DNA of 64,000 bases from Balanoglossus misakiensis (lineage: Eukaryota > Animalia > Hemichordata), in assembly GCA_040954595.2 (NCBI GenBank), contig CM082576.2, positions 8,249,129 to 8,313,128 of the forward strand, in the 5' to 3' direction. The notes under the pieces are model-generated. The model was not told the origin of the DNA. It did not search any database and saw only the letters and a program-made list of their open reading frames with translations. The position numbers and the translations under genes are program-made. How positions within the stretch are numbered: position 1 is the stretch's first letter; every line of letters starts with the position of its first letter. Shown in pieces: positions 39,001 to 53,650 of this stretch.

Positions 39001-41385
39001 ATGACCCAGACCAGTCGAGGCAGCGACAGGGAGACCGGTATGACGGCGTGGGACTGCGTCGTCGCCTCGGCCGCCGGCGTCATCCTGTTCCTGGCCGTTG
39101 GTTTTCAGGTGTCTATAAGCGTGTTCTTCACGGAGCTTTCGCGATACTTCGATGTCGGCGCCCGCCAGATTTCGTGGATAGCAGCTCTGCAGTTTGCAAT
39201 GCCGATGGCAATAGGTGAGTTCTGTGCTTTATTTTACTTACACTTGTATTTGAATGACAAAAATCACACAGTTGGTGTACTTACATGTATCACATGATCA
39301 TTTCCCAGATCATATTTCGTAATGCGTAAGATTCAAAATCTAGCCTCTTTCTTGTTGTCACATTCTCGTCAGGTAAAAAAGGACAACAGTCAAACCGATA
39401 GAGACTATAACAGGTAAATGTGGTGTATTTTCCAGGTCCTTTCTCGGTTGCTGTGATGCACAACATGGGTGCACGCCCTGTGATCTGCACAGGGGGATAC
39501 ATGGTCAGCCTGTCTTTGATAATAACCGCTTACTCTGAACACCTGGCTGTTCTCTACTTCAGTCACGGCATTATGTTAGGTAAGATTTGCAGCAGCGGTA
39601 CACATTAAAGCTACAGTGACTCCAACTTTGGTTTGTTTTCTCAGTATTTTTTATTCGGTGTCAACTGCAGTTTTTTGTTCTACTCCAGTCTGTCAGACAT
39701 AAAGAACCGCACAGAAGAACAAGAAAACGGAGTTGATACAATTAATCATCATCAATGGTAAAATACAATTTGATAAATGCGTATTTAATAAGCGTTCCCT
39801 TTTTATTTTAACATTGCAGGGCTTGGTTTAGGCTTAATCGTTCCACCTGCGCTGGAATATTTGGAAATGATGTACAAGGAACGCAAGCCTGTCACTTTGA
39901 TCATCGTTTCCGGCGGAGCGATTGGCGGCATGATCGTCCCAATTTTGTGCAAATTTCTGACCGGGCATTATCGGTGGAACACAACTTTTCTCATAGTCGG
40001 TGCTGCCATGCTGATCATCTGCGCAAGTTCGCTGCTTCTGACTAAGAGGAAGCCGATGGATCGCGTCGCCAGCACAGTTACCGACGCCGATTTGACGCAA
40101 ACGCAAACCGAATATCTGAGCAGCAGTCGCGATTTGGTGAGTTCAGGAAACGGCTTCGAAACCACGCCGCTAACGTCAGATGCGTCGAAGTCGGTGAACG
40201 ACAGGTCGGGTTCGAGCTTGAAGGGAAGGGCTTCGGGAGTCCCGGAACGAGTCACGGTGTACCCGTTCACCCACGAATCCCTCTTGGTGAAGACGAACCC
40301 TGGCTACATTTTGCACCTTGTAGTGTACTTCCTGTTGGGAATTTCGCTTTACGCGCCGATTGTTCATCTCACCCACCGCGCCCTCACGTCAGGTCACGAC
40401 GACCTCTGGTCTGCGTTCCTCGTCCCGTCGCTCTCGGCCGGCACCTTGGCATCACGACTGGCGCTTCGTTTCTCCCCCATCAAAGTTCCCTCCTACACTC
40501 TCGTACTGGTTGCTGTGGCCACGGCAGCCGCTGCCAACTGCCTGACGCCGCTGGCGGACAGCCTCGCGTTGCTGTTTACCTACGCGGCCCTCCACGGGAT
40601 CACCAAGGGCTGCACGACCGCCATCTACGACGGGAGGAGCATGCGGATGGTCGAGGCTGCGGGATGCTTGTTCGGGCTGACCCTATGTAGACCAGCGGTC
40701 GGGGCCGGTCAGTTGGTTGGGATTGTCCTCGCAGGTTAGAGAACTCTAACACTTCCACTGTAATAATTGAAAATAATCGAAAGATACACAGGCATCAGGG
40801 ACAAGACTGAGCAAATGGTACTGCTGCGCACAACCATGTAGTGGTCAATGAACATGTTTCCACTCGTTCAGACAATTATGTGTAGTGGCTACAGAAACAA
40901 CATTGCACAGCGATCCACTCTCAAATAGCTTACTTACAAATCAGCCCAAAACGAACCGATAGTCGCCATCTGTTGTTTCAAATTGGCCGAAGTTGCCGAA
41001 CGTGTACTAACTGTAAAACAAGATTTTTGGTGAAATATTTTACGCTACGCTCCTTTCTTTACTCTTCATATACGGCCACGTGTAAGATTAACGAATAACA
41101 ACATTACAGGAGAATAATACTATCAAAACCCCACTCCCTGCATTCACTATATCATGCAAGCTACACTTACTTGAACTCCGATATCATTTGTTTTATCCTT
41201 CAGGTTGCGTGTTTGATCAGACTGGTAGTTACGACACCGCCCTCTATGTTGGAGGCGCCGTTTTGGCCGTGGTGTTCCTGCTGCTGTTGTCAACCCCTCT
41301 GGTGCACCGATGCTGCCGTGATGATGATGACGACCACAAAACACAGAGAAAAACTCCGGGGGCTTTGTTTCAGGACACCATCTGA
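39001..41385 (+). CDS. SLC16/monocarboxylate transporter-like MFS protein 1 (divergent, ~484 aa)
   Basis: Exons 39001-39214, 39436-39579, 39820-40734, 41204-41385 (all phase 1). MFS hydrophobic pattern with GARPV, YRWNTT and FDQTGSYD. Alternative in-frame ATG at 38947. Confidence 0.85.
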
Positions 41386-44200
41386 CCAAAGTAGATTTGT
41401 TGATACATATCTTGTCTCAACCCTTGCACTAACAATTTTCTGAAGGAGAGAATACAAGACAATTTCAAGTTTTAAGACTTCCTGTTTTTTTAATAGAAAC
41501 TCTCGGAGTGGGTCTTGTGACTCATTGAATGCAACCTTTAACTACATATTCAAACTGAGGGTCAACTTCTTGTTGTAGTGTACTTTGATGTGTAGTTGGG
41601 GCCATTGGTATTAAAGTATTAGTTGAACTTGAAACTCACCTCGCAAACTATTGAAAAAGCTCACTGAACCCCCCTTTCTCACCTGTCACCAATCCCCCCT
41701 AGATGACATAAATTTAATAAATGAGTAGTCCTTCTGACAAAGCAGCAAATTCGCATTTCCAGAGTCTCTGCTAAATTCGATCAGATATCATCCTCCCAAA
41801 TTCACTGTCGACTAAGGCTACATAACTTTGACAGCCAGTAAGTCATATCAGCAATTATTCACCCCTCTCCCCGTCTCATAATTCTAATATCGCCAAGCTT
41901 CAAGAAAGGTGCGGGCATTCCATGGCAGGTTTACTGTAACGCCATCTACCCATCTTTTTTTATCTCCCAGTGACCTTCAGCCTATACCGATTTACCCAGA
42001 AGGGTTAATCTTCCAATGACCCTTTCACATTGTATCTAATCAGTCGGAAAAATGATCTCAGCTCTGAAATTCGTCAGCATCTATCCTAGTAGTGGACACC
42101 CGGACTGTTGCAAGGTAAGCGAAGGCATAGATTCGCACTTAACCTGTTAAAACATTTATTTCATTGACAATTTTTTCTTAACGCTCGGGCAAGGGCGTTC
42201 ATAGTGATAATCTGTCGCCGGCATGTTATATGCTTCTTGCTCACTTGCAGCTCTGCACCCTGTTACCATAACATTATTGTAAGAATACATCGTTCACCAC
42301 ATACATCCCGCAAGTATAGTAACGCTATAGTCCGCATACACGGTTATGTTAACGATTAACAATGAGATATTCCTCTCAGTCAGCGGCCGTGGTGTGTACA
42401 GCAGGCGAAATATAAACCTTTACAATTTCGATTTGTCAGTCAGGTCCATAAAGTAGTTGATTACGCGCTCTTCAGTATTTCAGACAACTCAATAAGATGG
42501 GCCCATTCCCCATTGCCGATCGCGCAAATTAGCGGACGATAATTTTGATGATTGATTTTTATCGTTTTATTGTGATCGCTGTCGGAGACAGGTCATGTTT
42601 GTTAATTTGTTACATTTGCACAAATATGTATCGCTCAATCAGCATGTGTGTATAAGGTTAAAACAAGTTGAGCGCACGCTGAACCCTCTCATCACTACCA
42701 TGGTTTGATCCAACTCCATTGTTCCCAACGGCAATGCTGGACATCTATACAGGGAACGGGGTGACAGGGCTCTCTCCGATAGAACTTTCAGATAACATGA
42801 CGAATGGTTGTTTGAATAATATTGTAATGAAATGAGCAATTTCACATTTTTGGTTTAATGGGTTAATTTGGTTAAGTTTCTCTCAGGAACTGTTTGTCCG
42901 ATTCCATTTTTCACATATAACAACCCCGGCCTATCTCTGAGCGCTTTGTAATTTAGTTCCTGCATGGTTCTCGGGCGACCCATTTTTTGAGTTATAGCCT
43001 AATTGGAATTACGTGTTTATGATTGGATATTTTGTCTTTCTGACTAAAAAAAGATCAGTTGTATTAGCAATAGTAGTGACAATACACACATGGGGTGTCT
43101 TATAGTAACCGCGGTTAAGCACACATAGTCACGTGACATCGTGACACCAGGTACGGGGGGTCTACTTTCGTTGACGACGTACACCTCCAAGGCGCACGCG
43201 TCAGGATTTAGGTCATGTTGGTATACACATTGTTCCGTACCGGTTTATCGTAGACATGGAATCGAACCCGATGATCAAGTTTTCGATATTCAACGGGCAA
43301 CGTCGTTCAGATATTCCAGCCTTGTCTCCGCATTTATTACCGTAAGTCTTAAATTACCATTCAATTTAACGCTAATTGGCCAGGTCTTCGAGCTGCAGCT
43401 GCTTGAGCGATTTGAATGTCATTGTCAGCAAAGCATGCACACCTTCGCGTTTTCGCCGTGAAACTTGTTGACATCACGCACATTATAGTCTATTGTCTAC
43501 GTGCTTTTCGCATTTCATCACTCTGCATACTATGGGCATAGAAAGAAACTCAGGTCGCACAAGTAACAGATACTGACGTTGAATTGCAGCACCGTCTGTC
43601 TGACATGATACCAACCTACAGGATGTCGACGATAGATGCGGATGGGCGGTCATGCATGGTGAACGTACATTGTCAGTAGAGAATTTTGCGTTTTACTTTT
43701 AGTCACGTCACAGGGGGCTCTCCGCCCCGGCTAGGAAGTCTTATGGGGTAACGGCCATATGTACGGAAGTTTACGGGTGCATAGGAACGAACCAACGCTA
43801 ACCCTAAAGACTGTCCGGTCCAATGCTGCCTGTGGATAGAACTTGAAGCCCAGAGTTGTGACACATGTTTAATGTTTTCCCGTTAAGGTTACAGTGCTCG
43901 GTTTCTCTCTGGGGTCTATGATGTGACCTAACACAATTCAACAGACTCGCCTTTGTACTTACGTATTTATTGATCTCTACATAGGTGGTTCATTGTTATT
44001 TGCTGACAATGAGAAGGCCTGACCCGGGGTTTGTAAGTGCTGAAACCATTACCTTGCCGCTGACGAAATTGCTACGATGTGCACTAAAATTGATAGATTT
44101 GAACCAAGCGCCAACCTAACTGTGACGATGAAAATATCAAAACTGTTTTTTTTTTCTTTGTTTTCCTCCAGGTCTGAGTAAGAGGTGACTGGGCCAAAGA

Positions 44201-44201
<1 letters not shown>

Positions 44202-44232
<31 letters not shown>

Positions 44233-44250
44233 GCAGCAGCAACAACAACA
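44202..44250. repeat. (AAC)n(AGC)n microsatellite in 5' UTR directly before SLC16 gene 2 ATG
   Basis: Directly visible; an in-frame TGA at 44175 makes it non-coding. Confidence 0.9.
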
Positions 44251-44252
44251 CA

Positions 44253-46457
44253 ATGGTTGCTGGCACTCCAAACGCCCCTCCCGATGGAGGCTGGGGTTGG
44301 GCCGTGACCGCTGGCGCCTTCATCGCACTGTTCTTCACGAACGGACTCCCGCAGTCGTTCGGTGTCTTCTACGTGGAGTTTCGCAACTACTTTCAGGCGG
44401 ACGCCAAGGCAGTTTCTCTCATAGGCGCTCTCATGTTCAGCATGGTGTTTTTCATGAGTATGTATAAAGCTGTGATGCTTTCGAGATTTCCCCAAACACC
44501 AGTATAGTTTCTAGTTGTTTCATTATCTGAACTGCGTTTTGTATGCAGTTGGGATATATTTAATGTTACTTTTGTCTCGTCCATGCAGGTCCTATAAGTG
44601 CCGGCTTGGCCAACAAGAAAGGTTGTCGACCCGTCGCCATTGTCGGCGGACTGTTGGCATCAATAAGTCTCATGATCGCCTCCTTCGCTACAGGATTAAA
44701 GTTCCTCTATGTTTTCATGGGACTCCTCACAGGTAAGTTGTAAACAGCACGCCTAATATAAAGAGTGCTAGTCTAATAAACAGACAGACAGACAGACAGA
44801 CAGACAAGACATACAGACACTCTGAGTCCTCGGTATGATATTAGTTCATATTATACGGTGCACATCCAACATAAGCACACATGCCAACCCCGCTTGGTTA
44901 AAAGAAACTGGATCATGTTCAAATATAGTCCGAACAGTGGATGAAGAAAACATGCGTACACTTTTATAACCAAGAATCTACTTGCGTTAATCGATTCTCC
45001 TATTTTAAGTTATATTTCAGGTGCGAAGCTCAGAGGAGATACTGTATACAGATAAATATTCCATGTATTATTTTTTTTATCTTTCAGGATTTGGGTTCAG
45101 TCTCGGATTCGTTCCTTGCATTGGCATCGTAGGGCAGTATTTTCACAAAAAGCACATCATGGCAACCGCTACGGCGTTGTCAGGCGTGGCCCTCGGTACA
45201 GTTATACTCCCTCCCTTGTGCAACAAGCTGATAGAAGTATACGGTTGGAGATCGTCCCTTATCATCCTCGGGGCGATGTGCATGAATATTCTTGTCGGCT
45301 CGTCGCTGTTCAGGCCCCTGAACCCTCCCGGGGGAGGTATGCCGCAAATCGACGACGACGAGGCGTCGAGCGTTGACTCCTCCAGCGACTCTGATTCGGA
45401 GAGCGACGACTCGGAAGAGGCGAGTTCGACAGACACCGACTCGTGCAGCATGACGTCGGAGTCGACCGTAGATAGTTCAGTCGTTCGGAGGAAACGCAGG
45501 AAAAACCGCAAAAAGCAGCAGCTGCAGGCGAACGAGAATAAGAAAGCGTTGGACCTGTCGGTGTTCAAGTCCCCCCGCTACCTCTTGATTTGTGGCATTT
45601 GTGTTTTGGGCGGGATGTCATCGGTGACGTCGGTGATTTTCTTGGTTCCCCGCGCGGTGTCCCTCGGGATACCTGTCGGATCGGCGGCGTATCTCATGTC
45701 CGTCGTGGGTATTGTCAACTTCCTTGGGAGGCTGATCCAAGGAATGATCTCGAACTTAGGGCTCCTCACGCCTACGAAATTCCTGGGCATCCACACGTTT
45801 GTCTTCGGTGTCGTCAACATGCTCTTCCCACTGGCAGACACGTACTCACTGTGTGTGCTTTATGCAATTATGGCGGGTGTAGGTATAGCTGGTATATCGT
45901 CCCTTTTCCCGATCGTGATCAGGGGTATCGTCGGAGCAGAGAAGTTCCAGTCGGGAGTCGGGTTATCACAGCTGTTCATTGGCACTGGTCAATTTCTTGG
46001 TCCAATTATATCAGGTACTTTATACGTTTATTTTGTCGGCCGTCCGTCTATCTTCGTAAATTATTACTCAGACGAGACTGAACTGATTTGTTCATAGGAC
46101 ACCTGTATGTAAAGACGCACACATTATTCATGTTCGTCCCACTACGTGCAAATCTGTAAGTAAATATGTGACCGATCATATTGCAGTCATATTGCTTGGG
46201 AAAGATTTTTTTCTAAAGAAAATGTTTTACTATCATTTTTCCGATCTTTCTCGCTTACAGGAACGCTCATCGACAAGACTGGCGGATTTAAGGCTGTCTT
46301 CGTAAGTTCCGGAGTTGGGTTAATCATCTGCTGTTTCCTGCTGATGCTTGAACCGATATTTCACAGATTCGAAGTGGCAAAGTTTCAGAGGATGCAGGAA
46401 CAGAAATCCACCGCAGACGGAGAGGCGGGCGCCGTGGAAATGACGAAAACAAAATGA
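44253..46457 (+). CDS. SLC16/monocarboxylate transporter-like protein 2 (~490 aa)
   Basis: Exons 44253-44457, 44589-44732, 45088-46014, 46261-46457; PPDGGWGW, GQYFHKK, YGWRSSL, FRP, LIDKTG. Confidence 0.93.
44781..44806. repeat. (CAGA)n microsatellite
   Basis: Directly visible; intronic. Confidence 0.9.
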
Positions 46458-49400
46458 AAATGAACGAAACTGTGGACTCTTGACAAACAGGATGATCATA
46501 TGGTCGAACTAATACGTTCTTTAGTAAATCAACTGCAAGGAAACAGCAGTTTGACTGTTTTGATGTAAAACCATTGATTGGTGCAGTTGGTATTAAGTTC
46601 AAGTTGACCACCATGAACGTTTTTTCAAAATTTCTATAACTCTGTATGTACATAAACGTTCGTTAACCTCTGTGTTAATTTAAAATCTGTGATATATCTG
46701 GAAAGTTACCGTTTGTATCAAGTGATCTCGCGGCATCCTGATCCCGTCGCAATCATATTGTTGCCCATTTTGCCCTTTTCATAATAACTATAATACATGT
46801 AGAAGTATACAAACATCTCACAATAGATAAAATAGAATATAAGAATACACATTTTTGAAGATGGGGTTTTCTCGGGTGAACACAGGCAATATGGATATTA
46901 TATTCAGAATATGTATAAAATGAACGAGATGAAATATTTTTCAGAGAATCGATGTGCATTTGCTGACCTCTGTGCAATCACATGACTTGAAAGGTCAAAG
47001 ATAGACACAGCAGATGAAGGTAAACTCCCATCTCCACAATTTACTTTTCAACCAATCTGACTTGGTCATAATTTTTGTAAATGGAGCATTGCTTTACCCG
47101 CCATCTTGCAGACAAAATATATTATGTGTTCACGCGAGACTGGAAGTAACTACCAAAAACGCTCGTACCACGTTTTATGGCGCATGTGAATCATATATCG
47201 ATGTAAGGGCCAGGTGCTCTGGAATTTTGATGTTGTTGGTGTTTTTTATTAGATAGACGACTGTATTGTTAGCAGCTGGACCAATTTCCATGGACATTCG
47301 TTTTATATAAAAAAGAAAATGCGTGCAAATAAATATGCGTGTGCATTTCAACAGTAGATGTCTTTATGTTATTTTTTCGATAATTCGAAATTGCCATGGA
47401 ATGGCTGTGTAGAAAACCTGTTGTGACCAAACCTGAACTAACATATTACCCAAAAGATGACGTCACACAAACAGCAGACTGGAATCAAAACATCCGCAGA
47501 AGGCACAGTAGTGTCATCCTTCCGGTTCACTCGCTTCGTGAACATTTCTGGCACAAAGTAAACAAGGGTATTGTGACTGTTCTCTGACTCATGCAAGATG
47601 ATGTGTTTTGTTTAGGCACGTGATTTAAGTGGGATAATTTTGTATCTTCGCCTTGAAAATCGTTAGGAATCCACAGGATATATATTGTGTACACTGCTTC
47701 CCCATCAGTCCAAAGAGTTGGTCAACTTCCTATCAGTTAGCCCACTGTCCACAGTGAACCACCATTGGAAACCTTGTCCCGTGATGCACCGGCATCATCA
47801 GCTTTGAATAAATTTGCAGTGGCTGCACCTGGCCCAACCTTACTCCGATCGGTGGGTATGTTCAGAAGATCCAACAGATTGGGAAAAAAACAACCATTAA
47901 CTTGATGATACCACAATGTATACTTGCCATCTTTGGGTCCATGTCAGGGGTTAAGTATTGTCAGATAAGATTTGAGTCTAACAGGTATGTATGGCGTGCC
48001 CTTTGTTCAACTTAAAACATGCATTGATGAAATTTATCAGAATGCGCATGTCAGTCACTTAGTTGGGTTCCGCGGAAGGTGATGTACCATCAGGCACAGA
48101 GATAAAGCATTGCATTTGAAATACATCACTTGGTGAACAGGCTCGGACTTTTCAAAATGTCTAGATCAGCTGGCCGCCACCGCGAGATACAACAGAAAGG
48201 TCTGCACTTCTGTCGTCTGGTTGGCGTTTAACCATCTCAAAGCGTTATTATCGATGAAACAATGACTCTCTGGTTGTCCGACTGACTTGCATCAGGTCAC
48301 GGAAGGTCACTTCCGTGCTCAACTGTTGTCAATAAACATGGGCCCTCTGACGCAGAACAAGGTGATGCGTCCCTGAAAACACACACGTGTAAACACTCAC
48401 ACCGAACACGCACAGATAATCAATTGTGTTGTGAACTCATATTTTGGATAAATTGTTCTCGCTGCCACCGGGTTCATTCACTTCGATCTCAGATAGACAT
48501 AATCTGATTAAATCGTGAAGGACATTCTGGTCGCCTTTTCACCAGAACGGCAACTCCACCGAGTTCCCTATGAATGAATTGTTGCACAATCGCCGCATCT
48601 GATTCCCGAACTGGCTCAACATGCCCTATTTTAAAAAATACTGATAACTTCAAAAATGTTTTTAAATCAACGTCCGTCCCTGAATTTAAAAAAATGGGAT
48701 AAAATTTGAACGTTTGTTTTGTTTATTCCCGGCTGTTGTTACGTCTTGCATAACCTTGAAAATGACATAAAACACCAGTCCACATATAAAAATTGATAAA
48801 CAGTACATTCTAAGTCGTTCAGCATTGGGAACTTCAGTGAACAGGAATCCCGACTGTAACTTAGACTTCATCTCAAAGGAAACACTTTCACTCTTGGATG
48901 TGCAAACCGAGACAACGACCAATCTGAATTGGTCCACCATTTCAAAAGCCTTAGGGGTTAGGTGAGTAAAGTGAAAGTCCGTCCCACATTTTGCAGAAAG
49001 GAGTAGAACAAGCATGTTATATATTTTTTAATGTGGCCTGGAGAGATTAAGATCTAATCTCTCTCCAATAACCGGCCGCATTTAATGAGATTTGGTCCGA
49101 CGACCTTCTACAAAACAGAGCCATCGGTTGATGCCGTGTGTAGATATAGACACGCCGAGAGCTTCGCACAAGGCATACCGTCCCTCTGTTGACCTGAGGT
49201 CTCAACCCGGTGTCGCAAAGGTAGGTGAAATTATTCAGATGTTGTTTTTTCGGTGACGGTGAAATCGAGCCGGTCCTGGCGTCTCAATGCGAGATTTAAT
49301 CCAACCCATGCACGCGAAGATGCTAAATGTGAAGAGGGTCGCTCGATCGTCTCTTCACGGTGCACCTATATGGTGAGATGGGAGCTTGCTGTCCATTGTG

Positions 49401-52400
49401 TCTTCAAACTTTGACGGTGGTATTGCCCGATTTTAAGTGAGCTGCTGACAGTTCAACGAACCGTGGGCACTCAGTACTGCGCGATTGCGTTCACCGTTTG
49501 TAGGAGTTTGAGCTGCTGAGTTTAAGGTAGGCAGATTATAAAAAGATATATGTTTATGGCACTCGATTGCCCCAAGTACTCATTTTATCTACATCATATG
49601 CCAATATAGCGATGGTCGATTGCTCGCTCAGATAATGTTCTTGAGTATGGCTTATTTAAAAATTTCCGAGTTATTTAATCAAACATGGTGATTGATATTT
49701 TATTGGCCTGTCAGATTTGTATTCTGGTATTTGCATATGAACAACGCCCCGTCGTGCTACCGCCAACTCAGTGCATCGTCGTGTACCTTTTGAGTGCGTT
49801 CGCTACAACTGCAACATATGACATATATTTTGGACACTTTCGAATCCTCTGCTAGCCTCAGATTTTTCCAATCCTCCCGGTTTATTATCGACAGCAACCA
49901 CGGGGGTAGTTGTCGTCCGGTTGCTCTGGGCACCAAGTACGGTGATTTATTTTGTCCATCCTCCAACCAAGCTGATCGAATGCCCTCTGTCGCCATGTAT
50001 ACACACATATATCTGAGAAATGCCATGTTCCCTCTATCAGAACATGTTTGACTGCTAAACTTTGCACAGTGTACAAAAACGACATTTTCAAGTGCTCGCT
50101 GGCGGATGCGTGGTTTGCTATTAGACATCCTCCGTTGGTAAATTCGTCGTCAAGGTGCTCTGTTCGAAACTCTAAGTTTCTGGAACACATGAGGCTACAG
50201 ATGACAACTCGTGTTTTCTTTCCGGGCAAGGTCACAAAGTTTTCGTCGAGTGACCCCCGATGGACTGGTGCCCTGCACAAACCTTGAAATAATTTCGTAT
50301 CTAAACCGGACCGATGGCCGGTTTTAGATAAGGACAAACGTTGGCATGGCATGATGTCGAGGTATCTCCTAACTGCTTGTCTTTCCACTCGATGCCTGTG
50401 TACTGTGGTTATCGCCCGCTAAAACAGACTGACACCGTTTGCAAACGAGACGACTGATAACGACCTTTCTAATGAAACATGGATTGATAGATTGGTACCA
50501 AATTGAGAATACTTATGTACATACATATGTACATACAAAAATATTCATTTATATACATCAACCAATAAATTAAAATGTTGAGGGAATCCCCGTACTCAGT
50601 CCTAGAAAAGAACAAAAACCTGTCGATCGCCAACCCATGGCCATGTCCCTGGTTGGCATTGTGTTGGTCGTGTGCCTAGATTTCGTGACGGTTACAAAAG
50701 TCGATTGTCGCGAAGACACCTGGAGTCCATTGACCGGAATGTGCGCACTCATCAATATCTTGGATGGGGGTGGCAAGTATTGCCCATCACCTCTCAACTT
50801 TGTACACACTGAAGAAAGTCAGAAAAGTTATCATCCAGACTCGCACTTTGACTAATGGAGTAACCTTCTTTAAATTGCCTAATCGAGTTAAAAAGACTCT
50901 ACCAGTATAATTAATTCTTTTGTGACGCATTTCGCTGCCGGCCAACTAAAAGTAAGTCATTAAATTGTCTGGGCGCAACGTGAATTGCTTTCGTCAACAA
51001 TTAGCACGACAACTAACACAAATGACAAAGACGATTTCCCTTCAAAAATTAACCTAAAAGTTAAACCATTGTCCCTTTATTTTTTTTCCAAAACTTTTTA
51101 CTCGATAAACGACACCAGATGTGCACTGTCGCGATTTAGTTCAACCGAGATGCACTGTAAACGCGTACCTGCAAATAATAGTGCCTGGGATAATTATCTA
51201 CACACAGCACTTATCGACACATTTCCCTTCAATTTCCAGATATCGCGTGTCTTCTCTTCAAATAATGGAGATATGCACCTAATTAGCGCATGTTTTGACA
51301 AGACCAGTTGCTGTACACATTAACCGGGCGCATTTTTAAATGGACAGTCTCTGATGGTCTGATTCAAGTGGGTCAAATCGCTCACTAGCATTCAGTACTT
51401 GCAGACTCTCTGTAGCCATCTTACAAGATCAAACATCCCTAACACGATACAAGCACGTCTCACACGACGCCATAATTCGTGGAAATTGAAAGGAACATCA
51501 AATGCGAGAAATCGCGAACAAAAATGCCCCCTCCCCCCTCAGCCTTCGTTCTGGGTCAAACGCCCGATTGTATTGATGGCATGCCTCAAGAGAGAGAAAA
51601 CATCACCTTTGAATAACAAAATTCTAACAAGCGAAGAAAAAGTTTAGTTCTCATCATATCAATCAGTGAATCTTTTCTTTAACTAACACGTTAAAATATT
51701 TCCAAAGTATAAGAAATACGGCTGTGTACTTTCAAGATCTGATCATCACATAGGTTCTAATCGGGTTATATAGACAAAAAATGGGGTGCTGTTTTTTCGG
51801 CATGGTGAATGTATAACTATACATCTCGGGAGACGTGGATGTAGGTCATCACAAACTTACTTATTAATCAGCGTCGCTGAACAATGAGTCTCTTCCCCGC
51901 TAATGAGGTGTTATTATTTGTACGACTGACACACATTAACGCACCCCAAACCGAATGAACCCATTAGGCCCACATGAGCCGGCCCCGCACGAGATCTGGG
52001 CTCGTGAAAAGGGTGTGTGAGGAAGTCTGTTATCACGGCCGAAATGTTGAAAATCAAACCGTAATTGCACTTCGAAGATAAGGCCGATCGTGAAGATAAA
52101 TTTGGACGGATTCCAACTGATTAAGTCGCTCTTCAGATCTTGACGAATTCCATGATTTTTGATATCGAGATTTCTACTCAGACAAGAAACTTTTTTTCCC
52201 GTTATCTCGATTTCCCCCGGTGACACATCTAGCGATGTACTGTCCGAGATCCTTGAACTTTATGCACATAAAATCGAGTGACGAATTGTGGATTTCGATA
52301 AAGGCGATGTGTTCTACACTTTGGAGGAAACCGACAAAAAATTATTTCAATTTGACTTTTTGCGTAATAAAAAAATATGGTCGGAAAGTGACCTGTGGTA

Positions 52401-53650
52401 TGATGACAACTCTAGGTCCAGTTTGTCCGCTAAAATCGAACTATCCCTAGATTCATAACCACGTTTTGAATCTTCACTATTTCCATGCACCGTGTGTGGG
52501 ATCGGGGATGATATCCCCCGTCCCCGGATGGAACACAACGGTTGGTGCGGGGATGGTGAGCAGGATAGACCGAGATATATGACGATACTGTCTGAGCGAT
52601 CTGACACCAATGGAATTATAGCGTATACCGATTTGTGCCATTTGAACCGAATCCCGATTGGAAGCAGGTGACAGCAAGTCGTCTGTTTCCATGGCTACAA
52701 ACCAAAAATAAGGCCACAAGGGTGACCCGATGTCACATGATAAAATCACTCATTTGAAAAGATCAGGCGACGTGTAAAGGTAAAAATGGCAATCAATGGC
52801 AATCGTTTCACTCCTTTGACATAAAACTGGAGATTACGTGTACTTGAAAGTCGGACGTTCATTTATCGTTAAAAGGACGGCAGCTGTAACATTTGATAAT
52901 TATTTTGCAATTAATATTCTGAGTACCATATACCAAGCAAACACTTTTTTTGCCCAGAGACTGCCAAATTGAATTCAGTTTGTCGATGCTTGTATCAATC
53001 CCTGTATGAGAGATGAATTTTTATTGTCGAAAATAGTTATGTGAAACTTTTCACTCGAGTTGAAAAAACGTTCAGGAATCGAGGTGAGCCAAAACTTTTT
53101 GAGAATAGCTCCTGACTTTTATAAATTAAAGTAGAGTGACTAAAGCGTCTCCGATTTGACCAGGCAGGTAAATTTGACAACCTCGCAAGGCATACCACCG
53201 TTTGCCGTTTACCAGGTGGGTGAACTTTAGAAAATTGGCCATGATCCCCTCCTGAAAGCCTGTCAGTGATTGGCGGAGATGTTATCAGAGTCCCTTGGTT
53301 CAGATATGACAAAAACTGGTCACGTGATTAACATATGTTTACCACCCTTGCGAAAACTACACTGCCTCTGCAGCTGGACCGCTGCTTGATTGTCGTGTGA
53401 TTCCACCGTCCAGAAAAATTCACGTACGGTCTCCACCTCTTTTTTAATTCGCCGTAGCCCGTGATTCGCTGTGTATACATGCACACGGAGTTTCGCCGAC
53501 TGGGCGTCTTTTTGTATAATCTGTACTAGTGAACGTTTGGTCAAATTGCTGGTCAAAAATCAGCCTTGATAATGTACCTGTATAGCAGATGTTTTCGCAT
53601 TTCTCTGTTTCTTTACCTACAGGTATTGTTTCCCCGTCTTCTGAAGCAAG

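Noticed and set aside
47600-50400. Degenerate transposon or gene remnants (ORFs 49757-50128, 49885-50388)
   Set aside because: No RT, transposase or other motif recognisable in the frames I read; needs a BLASTX or repeat-library search.
51936-53310. Probable interspersed repeats upstream of SLC16 gene 3
   Set aside because: Repeat-like texture, but no TIRs, TSDs or second copy could be shown within the window.
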